Source of the DNA: Mobula hypostoma
Taxonomy: Eukaryota
Direction of reading: 5' to 3'
Assembly (NCBI RefSeq): GCF_963921235.1
Contig: NC_086108.1
Location: 86,306,001 to 86,370,000, forward strand
DNA length: 64,000 nucleotides
This document shows positions 1-12,182 of the stretch, piece by piece. The first letter of the stretch is position 1. Each line of letters opens with the position of its first letter. The translations under genes were made by a program, and so were the position numbers. Under the pieces are notes generated by a model. The model was given only the letters and a program-made list of their open reading frames with translations, ran no database searches and had not been told where the DNA came from.

Positions 1-295
1 GATATATTTCCAGATACAGAGTAAACAAGGTAAATAATTAAACATGAATAAGAGTGTAAGTTGTGTGCCCAGCAGAGTGCTTCACTCTTTATAGTAACAC
101 CTACTATTATGCTGAAATTAACAGATAGAGGAGAATTTAATTACATATTCTTTCACACAGTCGAGCTTGGTAATTCTTGAAACTGAATTCTTGACAATCT
201 CATTACTCATCACTGCTTGAGTTAAAATATTCTGAAATATCAACTAAAGTAGGATGAAAAATAAGACAAATGAGAATGTTAATTATCATATAAAA

Positions 296-426
296 GCAAA
301 AAAAAATGCTGATACTGGAAACCTGGAAAACACATAAAAAACACGAGAAATAAATATCAGGTTAGGTAGTATCTGTGATGTGAAAAACATCATCAGAATG
401 TCAGATCAGTGACCTTTCATCAGATC
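296..426 (-). repeat. Degenerate Penelope-like element terminus with hammerhead-like remnant
   Basis: Minus strand reads CTGATGAaaggtcactgatctGACA, followed by a degenerate version of the 'gatgctgcc...ccagcat' terminus seen at 16635, 57340 and 60885. Confidence 0.4.
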
Positions 427-2037
427 AATATGATTGCAGATACTGTATGGTGGAAAGGAGTGAAATTATTATATTCTGTGGTAGTAAAGAATGAAGTTCT
501 GTGGTGTGAGAGGGTGAAAATGTATTGATTCAAAGTGGAGGCATTTGAACTCATACAGAATCCCAGCTCCATTATTCTTTGCAAACAATTGTCCACTTTG
601 TTGATCAGGTTAATTACCATTTTTGACTGGAAATTTATAGTTCAGCAGAATGCACCTTAGTTTATCAAGCCTTTTGTTAGATCTTTGAAAGAACCACTCA
701 CTTAGTCCTAGTTTCCTGCTCTTCACTTGTTCTGCCTTAATTTCTTGTCTCCAGATATTATCTTCACCTTTAAAATTGATTATTACAAAACTGATTTCAC
801 TGATTAATTTCTGCTTCTGGAATGACTTAGTTGGAAGCAATTCTCATGAGCCTTCTCTGATCTTTGAATTATCTGCATAGTCAATAATGGCAACTGGTAC
901 CAGTGTAAGAGCAGTAAAGAGATACCGAGACTCAGGGCTAGGATGAAGACCCTGAATTGCAGATGAATGTCAAGAATGAAGAATGATATCCCAGTTCACA
1001 GCCTTCTCCTAGAGGGGAATTGCTTATATAAGATGTAAGCAGTTCCTTGAAAGATAGATAATTCTCAGAATAAGCCTGTGAAATCATAGACCCTAGAACA
1101 AACTAAGTGACCTTTACAAACTCTTGTGTTTGTGAGCAACATTGTACACTGAGATCTGGTCAGCTACATAACAATAAATAAATCTTCACATCCTGCTGTT
1201 CAGCAGTGATTGTTGCAATGATTGGAACATATCGAACTAATCCTTGTAACTAATAGCAAAAACAGCTCACTTTAAGGTGGGGGGGGGCGCTTAGTGAAAT
1301 TCCTTGCTGGGCTCTTCAAATATTGGTTCCAATGGATCTCCTTCTGCACCAATACCACAGGGATTGTCCAGGTCTCATTCACTATATTCAGGGATTCCCC
1401 CCTTTGCTGCCTCTCCTCTCCATGGCAAGCAGGTTCCGTGGTGCAGGTGTATCGCTGCTGGTGGGATAGTGTGCTTTTAAGGGATGCTGTCCCTTCCCAG
1501 ACTGAGGCACATCAATGTCTGAACCCATGTTAAATTGAATGTGGCTCCTTTGGGTACAATTCAGCTTTGTTATAACATGTCTGAGATATTCCGCACGGTT
1601 TTAAATGTCTTTATGGACAATTTCATGATTCTGTATTTTTGTGTGGGCATCAACACTAAATGCAGTGGAAAGTTTAACTCATCACAAAGAATAATCCAAT
1701 ATTTGGGCTAGTGTTTTTTTGGATAAGATGTTGGAAAGGGAACTCATCTCCTTCTTTGCCTACACTGCTCTGGTCAGTATTTGCCCTTCAACATGTGCCA
1801 ACGCTCAGACTAGATATTCTGGCTATTTGGTCACCTGCAGTAACTAGTACCTTCCTGTAGGTAAATAAGCAGCCGCATAGATTTGCTTAATGACTGTGAA
1901 TACAATTGAATATATACCATGTTCTTTGTGAAATAAGATGCGGATTGCCAGTATCACAGGAATGTTCAAAGCTGAGATCAATAGATAGTTGGACCACAAA
2001 GGATAAAGGAATGGGGTATAACAATAGAGTTGAGGTC

Positions 2038-2227
2038 TGTAATATATGGATCTATTTCTTTTAGAGCAATGACTCCTCTTAACACTATGTATGGATCTGT
2101 TATCTGCCCATGCGCATTGTGCTCGGTCTCTCTCTCTATCTTGCTAGAATATGAATACACCAGTTAAAGCCATCTCCTGTGTGCATGCTTTTATTTAATT
2201 GATATGTAGTTGTGCACAGACACAACA
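2038..2227 (+). repeat. 5' LTR of the Gypsy element
   Basis: Direct repeat of 5870-6073; starts TG, ends CA; followed by the PBS. Confidence 0.9.
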
Positions 2228-2409
2228 AATTGGTAACGAGTATGAACCTGAATGTCAGAGAATATCGCCACGTGCACCGACAGTGATGGGATGAAACAGC
2301 AAGAGTTAAACAGTACGGAAGGTCACAGACGCTAACAACGGGACATGTGAGTAACGCTGCATAGTGAAAGATAGGTAACCAGCAAAGTTAAAATGAAAAT
2401 AACGTGGCA

Positions 2410-3050
2410 ATGGCTTCAGTCAGGAAAGTACACAAATTTGATAACACTAATAAAGGCTGGGAGTTGTATATCAAGAGGGTGCAACTGTATTGTAATGCAA
2501 ACAATGTGGAGGAGCAAAAGAAAGCCCCTACACTTCTTACCATAATGGGTCCTTGGATGTACGTTTTCTTACATTGGTAACCCCTGAAAAGCCAGCAAAC
2601 AAGACATTCGACAAAATTGTTACAATTTTACCAAATTTCTTGAACCCTAACCTGCTGGCAATAACCAAGAGATATAGATTTTACAAAAGAATCCAGTCTA
2701 AGGATGAAAGCATTTCTGAATATATTGCAGAACTGCGCAGACTTTTCCAGTACTGTGACTTCAGAGATAGACTTTCTGATGTATTAAGGGACAGGCTTGT
2801 ATGTGACATGCATAGTCAAAGCACACAGAAGAGACTATTGTCAGAAAGAGACCTAATCTTAGAATGGGCATTGACCATTGCAATATCGTTAGGGACTGCA
2901 GCAAAGGATACAACAGAACTACAGAAAAAGAGTTTAGAATGGGAAATCCACAAAATATCCGTGAATGGTACAAAAATCCAAAAAGATTGATTTGGCAAAT
3001 CCACCCATGATGCAAATGACTGTTGGTTTAAAGAAAAAGTTTGCAGAAAG
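2410..3050 (+). pseudogene. gag: Gypsy gag remnant
   Basis: MASVRKVHKFD...WELYIKRVQLY, then RFYKRIQSKDESISEYIAELRRL...LRDRLVC (ORF 2553-2990); frameshifted. Confidence 0.85.
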
Positions 3051-5550
3051 TGAATCTGGATACAGGGTCAGCTTTGTCTATAATCCCAGAGGCTGACTAC
3101 AACAGACTGTTTTCTAACCTATTGTTAGAGAAGACCTCAGTGATGCTAAAGACCTACAGAGATTGAAAAGTGTCTCCCAAAGGCAAACTGAAAGTGAATG
3201 TGACATATGGAGGCCAAATTTAGCAGTTAGAGCTTTATATGTTGAAAAGTGGAGTGCCAGCACTTTTTGGATGCAAATGGTTGAGAAAAATCCAACAAGA
3301 CTGGCACATAATGAAAGATCTCAATGTGTCATCAACAGGCAACTGCAGCCCAAATGGTAGCACTAATCAGAGACGGTCACAATTGCTTAATGCAAATAAG
3401 AAGGTGCTTGAGAAGGACATTGGTAAACTCAAAGGCATGAAAGCCAGAATTAAACTGAATTAAGCAGCAATACCAAGATTCCATAAAGTGTGTCCAGTGC
3501 CTTATGCACTACGTCCCATAGTGGATTCTGAGCTTCAGAGCTTGAAGGCGTCTGGAACTCTCTCCAAGGTTGAATGGAGCAATTGGGCCATGTCCATTAT
3601 CCCGGTGATCAAGAAAGGGAAGGCTGGAGCCATTTGTATATGTAGGGATTTCAAAGTGTGCATTAATCTGGTGCTGTGTTCTATGCAGTATGATCTGCCA
3701 CAAATAGAAGACACCTTTGCATCTTTGGCAGGCAGGGAGAGATTTTCAAAGATTGACTTGTCACAAGCCTATTTGCAAATGGGAGATTGGGGAGCCCAGC
3801 AGAAAGTTCCCCATCAACACTCACAATATAAATTTTTAAGAATGAAATCTCATATCGTGGCTATGTCATTGACAAGCATGGCTTACGTAAGTCATAAGAG
3901 AAGATTGAAGCACGTATACAGACACCCAAAACGGAAAACGTGTCACAACTCAGGTCATACTTGGGCCTTGTAAACTATCAAGATCAGTTTCTCCCAAACG
4001 TTGCTACAATGCTGCATCCATTGAATACACTGTTACAGACAGGAGCAAAGTGGGACTGGTCAGAAGGATGTGAAAGAGCATTCAAGGGAACAAAGAGACT
4101 AACAACATCTGCACAACCACGCACAGATCAACCGAGAGGGCATTCATCTAGTATGGGGAATAAAGAAATTCCACCACCACCTCTATGGACAAAAGTTTAT
4201 GCTAGTCACCAGCCCCTTGTGTCCATTTTCAATCCCAGGAAAGGATTTCCGCTGATGACTGCTACCCGCTTACAATGTTGGGCACTGTTTCTAGGAGCTC
4301 ACTCTTATGACATACAGTTTAAGGGCACCAAACAAGGGCACAGCAACACTGATGGCTTGCCACGTCTTCCACTACTAGCAACTAAAACAGAAAAGTCTTC
4401 AAACTGTGATCCAGTAGAAGTGTTCCACACAGCATTCATGGACCAGTTGCTGGTAGCAAATTCTGAAATACAAAGAGAAACAAGGAATGATCCAGCATTG
4501 TCAAAAGTCTATGACATCACCATGCAAGGATGGCCAGCTCATGGTAATCCTGTGTTCCAAGAGTTCTCAGTGTGACCAGACCAACTGTCTGTGTATCAAA
4601 GAATGCTAATGTGTTGATCTAATGCTGTGTTTCCAACTAACTGCGCACCAGAATGTTAGAGAATCTGCATGAAGGATACTTGCGTACAGACAAGATGAAG
4701 CGTTTCGCCCTGCAGTTCATGTGGTGGCCAGGAATAGATAAAAAGATTAAAGACTTGGCCAAAAGCTGTTCGGGATGCCAAGAAGTTCAAAATGCACCCC
4801 CACAGGTACTGTTCCAACCATGGACGTGCTCGTTTTCACCATGGCAAAGAGTCCATATTGACTTTGCTGGGCCATTCATGGACTCCATATTTCTGATTGC
4901 TGTGGATGCTCATTCAAAGTGGCCAGAAGTTATACCAATGAAGTCAACCACCTCAGCTAAGTGACTCTGCTCTGATGACTAACTTAGCCAGAAATAGCCT
5001 ACCAGAAGAAATTGTGAGTGACAACAGACCACAATACTGGTCAGAGGAATTCCAACTGTTCATGAGCGAAAATGTCATCATGCATTTTAAGTCAGCTCCT
5101 CACCAGCCAGCAATGAATGGGTTAGTTGGTTTATCCAAACTTTCAAAAAGTCCAATAAAGTGATGGACAAGGAGGACATTTCTCTACAGCACAAGGTGGA
5201 CAACTTCCTTTTGGTATATCGACATTCTGTTCATGCAATAACAACTCAAACACCTTCAATACTGCCCATGAATAGGAATCTGAGATCTCACATAGACCTC
5301 CTGAAACCAGATCTACAGAGGGAAGTACAGAATAAACAGTTCAGCCAGTTGCCAAATGAAGCAGCAAGGAGCTTCGAGAATGGACAGGGAGTCCTAGTGT
5401 GTGATTACTGAGAAGATAAGTGGGCACCCAGTAGGAGAGCTACAAGAACTGGACCTGTGATGTGCACAGTTGATGCTGGAGACCAGACACGGAGATGTCA
5501 TGTGGACCAGATAGTGGAGCTCAATCAAAGAACAGACGTCAGTCGACTGT
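3050..5550 (+). pseudogene. pol: Gypsy pol remnant (RT with core deleted, RNase H, integrase)
   Basis: PVPYALRP...WAMSIIPVIKK...FSKIDLSQAYLQ; QLRSYLGLVNY; ATRLQCWALFL; LHEGY...WWPGID...CSGCQ; PWQRVHIDFAGP...VDAHSKWPEV; IVSDN. Confidence 0.9.
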
Positions 5551-5869
5551 ATCCAACAAGATGGGTACATTATAGTCACTGGACTTGCCTCTCAACGATG
5601 ACTACTTCACTGACAGCAGCGTGGCACCAGCAACCGAGAATGTTGTCTTAGACAAGACACTTACTAAACCTAATGCCACTCCACAGGTCCAGAGCGCTAT
5701 CCTGAAAGAAGCAGAGTGCCACCCAAAAGACTGGATCTTTAGAACTATGAAGTTAGTTATGGACCGTTATTATGAAAGCATGTTTATTTGGAATATGGTT
5801 TGTGCAAAGGAAATTGAATGTTTTGAACCTATTCAGTTTTATGTTACATTCATCTAAAGGGGGAGGAAG

Positions 5870-6073
5870 TGTAATGTATGGATCTATTTCTTTTAGAACA
5901 ATGACTCCCCTCAGCACTACATATTAATCTGTTGTCTACACATGTGCATTGTGCTCTCTCCCTCTCCTTCTCTCTCTCTCTTTCTCTTGCTCCAATGTGA
6001 ATACACGAGTTGAAGCCATCTCCTGTGTGCGTGCTTTTATTTAATTGATATATAGTTGTGCACAGACACAGCA
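5870..6073 (+). repeat. 3' LTR of the Gypsy element
   Basis: Direct repeat of 2038-2227, preceded by the polypurine tract. Confidence 0.9.
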
Positions 6074-6185
6074 AGGACAATTCATCCTTAATCATAATGA
6101 ATGGCTGAGTAGGTTTGGTAGGGCATATGCCCCATTCTTTCACCCAAGTCATATAAACAGAATAAGAGAACTATTCTTCTTGTAC

Positions 6186-6713
6186 TGTAACATAAAGGGT
6201 TAACTTTACTGCCAATCTAAAGTTGCTTCTACGTACCGGTCACTGATTGGTCCATTCAAAGGATGAGTCAGCTCTCTTCCATTGGCTGGCTTTCACACTA
6301 TTGCACTGGCTTCCAGCTTTGAGTACCCCAAAGGTATATGAATAGTGCATGAAAGAGCCTTGTTCTCTTTTTGACTAAGGGCTCTCCTTCAGACTGGGTC
6401 ACAAACAGGGCTGAAGGACCTCTAGGAAAATGTGCTGCAGAAAGGAGGCACACTTGGGTAAGTACCTGCTTGTTGAATGTTTAGTGCTGTAGTTGTGTAA
6501 TTTGTGGGAATAACAAAGTACCTGGTGGAGTTAGAAGTGTTTTTGAAAGTTTAGTGTCATAGTTTTGTAAATTAGTGGGCTTGGATAAGTCTTCTTTGAC
6601 TGAGATGTCTGAGTGTTTCACTGCTTGTCTGTAGATAAATAGTTAATATGCTTAATCAAAATCAGTGCCTTCTGTTCCACTTACTGAATCTGCCAATCTG
6701 TTTCTGTGTAACA
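6186..6713 (+). repeat. ERV 5' LTR
   Basis: Starts TGTAAC; colinear with 14881-15391 through shared blocks such as cttcagactgggtca, ctgcagaaaggagg, tgttgaatgtttagtg, tgtcatagttttgtaa, ctgagtgtttcactg and aatcagtgccttct. Confidence 0.85.
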
Positions 6714-6779
6714 TTACATATTGATAGTGACAGCCCGTCAGAGGATTCTGAACCAACCCCCACTATTTGGTTTTAACAA

Positions 6780-7050
6780 CAGCTCTCCACTTGAAAGTGA
6801 TGGTGCTACCTTTAATAGAACTGGCAGTAGGGGATACTGTAAATGCAGCCATTCAGTTGCTAGAAGAGTTGGAGTACATGGCGGAAGGTACATGTAGCCT
6901 GGAAATTGGATAGGCGGACAGAGAGTGAGGGATCCCACGTGACCTGTAAGGAGAGATTTTTTGGGCTGCTTAGGGCAGGGCTGCTGAAGTAGCGGATCAG
7001 TGGGGTTCCCACGCCCTCTCTCTATGCAATGTAGAGGAAACACTGAGTGG
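6780..7050 (+). pseudogene. gag: ERV gag C-terminal remnant
   Basis: DTVNAAIQLLEELE and VTCKERFFGLLRAGLLK*RISGVPTPSLYAM*RK resemble the recalled ERV-L Gag C-terminal motif (T..dLw..Li.hGv...eIdg.pT..Ll.ly). Confidence 0.55.
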
Positions 7051-7598
7051 AAGTCGGGCAAAGTAACTGTTCAGAGAGGGGACTTATCTTCCAAGCCCTC
7101 CTGAATAAAGGTTTGTTTGATCCCTTGCCAGATTCCTCCACCCGCGATCCAGGTTCCCTATATCCTTCACTGAACGTCCTACGAGGGGCACTGGCGGGCC
7201 TCTAGTGGCTGCAGGTGGTGCCCTGCCACCCCACTCACATGGGGGTGAGGTCAGGGCCCTTGGCTGATATGCTCAGCCATCCTTTCCCAGCCGGGACACC
7301 CAGGGCCTTTGGTACGCATTGTGAAGTATTGGGGGAAAGGGTATTTGCAGCGATAGATGACGCTGATGCCGAGCAAGTAACTCCAACAGTTGGTGGGGTC
7401 CCCGGGCTACAATACAGGGATTTAGAGGGTTTCCTTCTTCCTGCTTGAGGGGTTACCCTGCAGTTGCTCGAGACCAGGACATTCAAGCTCCCCAATACCA
7501 AGCAGTACCGGATCCTGAGAGATGCCAAAAAGACTGGAGAGGCTATAGATGCCCTGTTGTGGGAGGGAATCATTTGCCCTGCCACCTTCCCCTATAAC

Positions 7599-8020
7599 TA
7601 TCACCAGGTGCAGATATGGCCCAAGTGTGGAGTGAGAGACACTGAAGCAGGGCGATAGTTCACAGACTTTAATGCGAATAATGTTAAAGGGAAAAGAGAA
7701 CATAAACACTAGGCCAAAACAGGGCTGTTAACTAAAGCTCTCAAGTGGAAAATGAAGCCTACACTGCGGCTAAAAAGAACAACTAAGGATAAAACGAATA
7801 CCGCTAGTCTTCAGAGTCAGTTGACTCAACAGTCCAATTTCTCAGGCAAGGTGAAATGCAAACAGACAGCAAAGCGTTGCTGTGTCCAAGTCTCGGCAAG
7901 CACTACAATGAAAAGTATAGAGTTAAATACTATCACAATGAAATAATAATTAGCTGACACGTGCATATTCACAAGCTCAATTGCCGTATCTACTGCAATG
8001 CTGAATCCGTGGTTGTGGCA
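7599..8020 (-). repeat. Chromovirus 3' LTR
   Basis: Close direct repeat of 12183-12580; adjacent to the PPT. Confidence 0.93.
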
Positions 8021-8059
8021 GGGACCCCCTCTCTAGGCGCAGCCCCTGAGGCACCACAG

Positions 8060-11000
8060 ACCTGTCCCGGATCAGCATCTTGTCCAAGATGTCCTTCGCT
8101 GGGATCCAAGTATGTTCTTCTGGGCCATACCCTTCCCAGTCCACAAGGTACTGTACCTTACCACGTACCCGGTGAGATGCCAGGAGGCGCCACACCGTAT
8201 AGACAAGGGAACCATCTACCAGGCGGGGAGGAGGGGAGTTGGGGTGACTGGGGCCAAGGGAGAGGTAGTAACTGGCTTGAGCTGGAAAACATGGAATACT
8301 GGGTGGATCTTCAGTGATGCTGGTAGACGCAATCTATAGGACACCTTGTTGACAGCCTTTTCCACTACAAATGGTCCCACATAGCGCGATGCCAATTTCC
8401 AGCTCTCGACTTTCAGGGGAAGATCCATTGATGCCAACCAGACCTCCTCTCCTGGCTTGAATGGCCTTAGCTGTTAATGGAGCCAATCAGCCTGCCGGGA
8501 ATGTTGTTTCTGGGCACACAGCAGAGAAGCCCTGGCTCGTCTCCAGGTGTGCTTGTAGCGCCTGGATCAGCTGTTCAGCAGCAGAAGCTCCTATGTCAAC
8601 CTCCTGATCAGGGAAGAGCGGGGGCTAGAATCCCTTCTGGTATTCAGAGGGAGGATAACTGGAGGTTATTGTGGGCGATCTCTGCTCAAACCAATTGGGA
8701 GCTCCAGGATGTGGGGTTGGAAGAGGCAAGACAGTACAGGGTTGTCTCCAACTCCTTGTTCACTCTCTCAGCATGGCCATTAGATTAGGGGTGGAACCCA
8801 GATGAGAGGCTGGCCATGGCTCCTACAAGACAGCAGAAAGCCTTCCAAAAGCGGGAAATGAACTGTGGTCCACGATCAGACACTATGTTTGAGGAAACCC
8901 ATGGAGCCTGAACGCATGCTGAACCATGAGTGTGACAGTCTCACGAGCCGATGGGAGCTTGGAGAGGGCAATGAAGAGGACAGTCTTGGAAAATCGATCC
9001 ACAATGACCAAAATGGTTGTGTTTCCATTAGATGGGGGCAGACCAGTGATGAAATCTACTGAGGAGTGGTGGGGCACAGGCAGTGGACATAACAGACCCA
9101 CAGAATGCTGGCGTGATGTCTTCTTCCGAGCGCGGGTGGGATAGGCAGATACAAAGTTGTGGACATCCTGAGACATAATTGGCCATCAAAATTGTCTCTT
9201 TATAAACTCCTGAGTCCGTTGAATTCCCAGATGTCCAGCCAGACAGGAGAAATGACCCCATTCCAACACTTTGGAATGCACCGCAGCAGGGACAAACAGC
9301 CGGTTGGGAAGTCCTTCATCTGGGACTAGATCTGATTGTTGGGCGGCCTTCACCTCTGCCCCTATTCCCCAGATCACTGGAGCAGCGATACACGAGCGAG
9401 GGAGAATGGGCTCTGGGTCAGCATTGTCCTCAGATCTGTCGAACTGCCGGGAGAGAGCATCGGCCTTTGTATTTTTGCTGCCGGGATGATAAGTGAGGAT
9501 GAAATTGAACTGTGTGAAGAAGAAAGCCCACTGGGCTTGATGAGAGTTGAGTCTCTTAGCTTCCTGGATATAGGAGAGGTTCTTGTGATCTGACCAGACC
9601 AAGAATGGATGCTCTGCCGCCTCCAGCCAGTGTCGCCATTCCTCCAGGGGTTCCTTGACAGCCAGAAGCTCCCGGCTCCCAACATCGTAATTCCTCTTAG
9701 CTGGAGTCAAGCAACGGGAAAGAAAGACACAAGGGTGCAGCCAGCTATCCTCCGATGAGCGCTGAGAGAGGACAGCTGCAATGCCTACATCGGATGCATG
9801 CACCTCGACAATGAATGGCTGAGATGGGTCTGGGTGTTGCAGCAGCGGGGCGGTGGTGAAAGGTCGCTTTAGCTCGGAAAATGCTAGGTCGGCATCATCC
9901 ATCCAATGGAATCCTGCCGAGGTCTTCTTGGTGAGTGCATTAATTGGAGCCGCGATAGAGCCGAAATTCCGGATGAAATGGCGATAAAAATTCGGAAATC
10001 CCATGAAGCGCCATATCTGTTTGACTGTAGACAGTTTGGGCCACTCTGAAACTGCCTGAATTTTACTAGGGTCCATTTGAACACTGGATGGGGTAAGTAT
10101 ATAGTCCAAAAATGACACCAGGTCTTTATGAAATTCACATTTTGCAGGCATGGTTTACAGGTTATTTTCAAGAAGCCATCCGTACTCTCCAGACATGCTG
10201 AATGTGCTCCTGATGAGTCTAAATACACAAACACAAACTGGCTCAACATGTCCCTGAGCACATTGTTAATCAAGGCCTGGAATACAGATCAGAAGCATCA
10301 CCAGATATTCATAGTGGCCATTAGAGGCGTTGAAAGCTGTTTCCCACTCATCCTTTCTTCTTAAGCGAATCAGATTGTAAGCATTGTGCAGATCAATTTT
10401 GGAAAATATGGTTGCTCCCTGGAGATGTTCAAACACAGACACCAGCAAGGGAAGAGGGTAGCAGTTGTTCAGGGACCGATAATCAATGCTGGGATGGAGC
10501 TTGCCATCTTTCTTGCTCACAAAAGAAGGAGCCTGCTCCTGCACGAGGTTGACTGATGGATATACCCCATGGCCAGTGCCTCCTTGACGTATTCCTCCAC
10601 GACCACTGTTTCAGGACGAAAGATGGAAAAGGGGTGGCCCCGGGGAGGACTAGTGCCAGGTAGGAGGTCTATTGCACAGTCATATGGCTAATGTGGGGGC
10701 AGGATGTTGGCCTTTCTTTTACTGAAAACCTCAGGGAGATCCGCATATTCAGCCAGAATCTCAAACAAGTCCACATCCTTAGCTGACACGAGGGGATTCA
10801 TGGAACGGAACTTGAGCTGGACCCAGACAGGTAGACAGGCATGCCAGTCCCCACTCTTGGATTACCGTCAGAGACCAATCAATCCGTGGGTTATATCGGG
10901 ATAACCAGTGGAGACCAAGTACCAGTGGCAGATCAGGTGAATTAACCAGATGGAAAGATATTTCTTCATGATGGTTGCCTTCAAACACCATTTAGAGCGG

Positions 11001-11300
11001 TTGGGTGGAAAGGTGGATCAGGCTGGTTCCCAGAGGTCAACCATCCAGTGCCTTGACGTTGATCCTGAGTTTCCTTTTAATTCCTGAGTTGGATCTCCCC
11101 ACCTTTGAGTGAGAGAGATGTCCATAAGATTCCCAGTTGCATTAGAGTCGATAAACACTTTAAGTTCATGGGTCTGAGACCTCCACGACAAGGAAGCTGC
11201 AAGCATTACAGAATTAGAGGAAGCTGACTGAAGAGAGAACCGACTCGTCAGGATTCCACTCCCTGCTGACGGGTGTTCTCTTTTACTGGACGCTTGGAAC
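8060..11300 (-). pseudogene. pol: Chromovirus pol remnant with C-terminal chromodomain
   Basis: [36 protein letters not shown]...FSKIDL, VFVYLD; RH FIVEVHASDVG...RELLAVK...[17 protein letters not shown]...[18 protein letters not shown]...IHPVFHV; chromodomain VQYLVDWEGYGPEEHTWIP. Confidence 0.93.
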
Positions 11301-12161
11301 ATGCCGCCCAGAAGTGTCTTGGATCACCACAATAGAGGCACGAACCTGTTCTCTGGCACCGCGCTCATTCCTCCTGAGACAGGCGCATGCGCCCCACTTG
11401 CATAGGCTCCTCTGTGGGCTGGGAGTGAGGGGGAGAGGGCGAGGAGAGACGGTGATCAGGCAGTGCGTAGGAAGTTTGAAACATTCTTTCCCTGTGCCAC
11501 TCAGTTACCCAGCTGTCAACTCGAACACCCAGATTAATCAGGACATCCAGACTATCCTGCTCGTCTCAGACAACGATCTCATGCTGGACCCCTGCGTTCA
11601 GTACATGCTGGAAGGCAGTGATGAGAGATCTCTCATTCCCTCCCGTCTGTACCGCAAGGGTACAGAATTTAACTGCATAGGCTCTCACTATTCCTCTGCC
11701 TTAGCGCGGGTCCAAGAGTCAGTGAGCAGCCTCCTGACCCTGTACTGGAAGATCACAAACCCTCCTTAACTCCACCATGAAATGTCGGAATGACTTGGAT
11801 GCAGGATATCCTTGCTCCCATGAGGCGTTGAGCAAGCTGAGTTGAGGTCCGTCAAGAAAATTGACCATGTAAGCCAATTTTCGCGCATCATCACCAAAAC
11901 GACCAGGCTGGGCTTGGAATGTCAGCTTGCATTGGGTAATAAAATTCTTACAACCATCAGGATCACCAGAATATCTGCCTGAGTCCGATTGTCTGTGGTG
12001 AGCTGTTGAACTGTTGCAGCTAGGGCTTGTTGGCACGAGATTATCTGCCTCATTACCTCCGTTACTTCACTGAGAACAGATTCCATTGCCTGTAGCTTGT
12101 CTCCTACCTGACCAAAGAATCTCACAGCCAAGGTCAGCTGCTCTCTCTCTGCTGGGTCCAT
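11270..12161 (-). pseudogene. gag: Chromovirus gag remnant with CCHC zinc knuckle
   Basis: MDPAEREQ...; RYSGDPDGCKNFITQCKLTFQAQPGRF (Sushi/PEG10-like capsid); CLYCGDPRHFWAAC near 11300-11342. Confidence 0.88.
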
Positions 12162-12182
12162 CTTTGTGTGGTTGAGACTTGC

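Larger units (their letters stand above)
2038..6073 (+). mobile_element. Ty3/Gypsy LTR retrotransposon (Mag-like, short LTRs), decayed and internally deleted
   Basis: LTRs 2038-2227 and 5870-6073 (TGTAAT...CA); TSD AGGTC (2033-2037) / AGGAC (6074-6078); PBS TGGTAACGAG at 2231; PPT AAAGGGGGAGGAAG at 5856-5869; gag-RT-RH-IN order. Confidence 0.93.
1960..6150 (+). repeat. Old CR1 3' end remnant, split by the Gypsy insertion (1960-2037 and 6074-6150)
   Basis: 'ttcaaagctgagatcaatagata...gagttgaggtc' resumes as 'aggacaattcatccttaatcataatgaatggctgagtagg', matching the CR1 3' end seen at 27810-27960. Confidence 0.55.

Noticed and set aside
1294..1533. 79-aa plus-strand ORF, and a minus-strand WTIPVVLVQK motif resembling Gypsy RT
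   Set aside because: The ORF has no recognisable domain; the single RT-like motif is too weak to call without a search
6714..6745. tRNA primer-binding site of the ERV
   Set aside because: TAGTGACAGC only loosely resembles a Leu-type PBS; too degenerate to assign
7215..7448. ERV protease or dUTPase in the gag-RT interval
   Set aside because: No D(T/S)G or dUTPase motif found; the region appears deleted or too decayed
9186..10151. Longest ORF (321 aa) as a functional or domesticated gene
   Set aside because: It is the RT-thumb/RNase H part of the chromovirus pol; adjacent RT and IN segments are frameshifted and deleted
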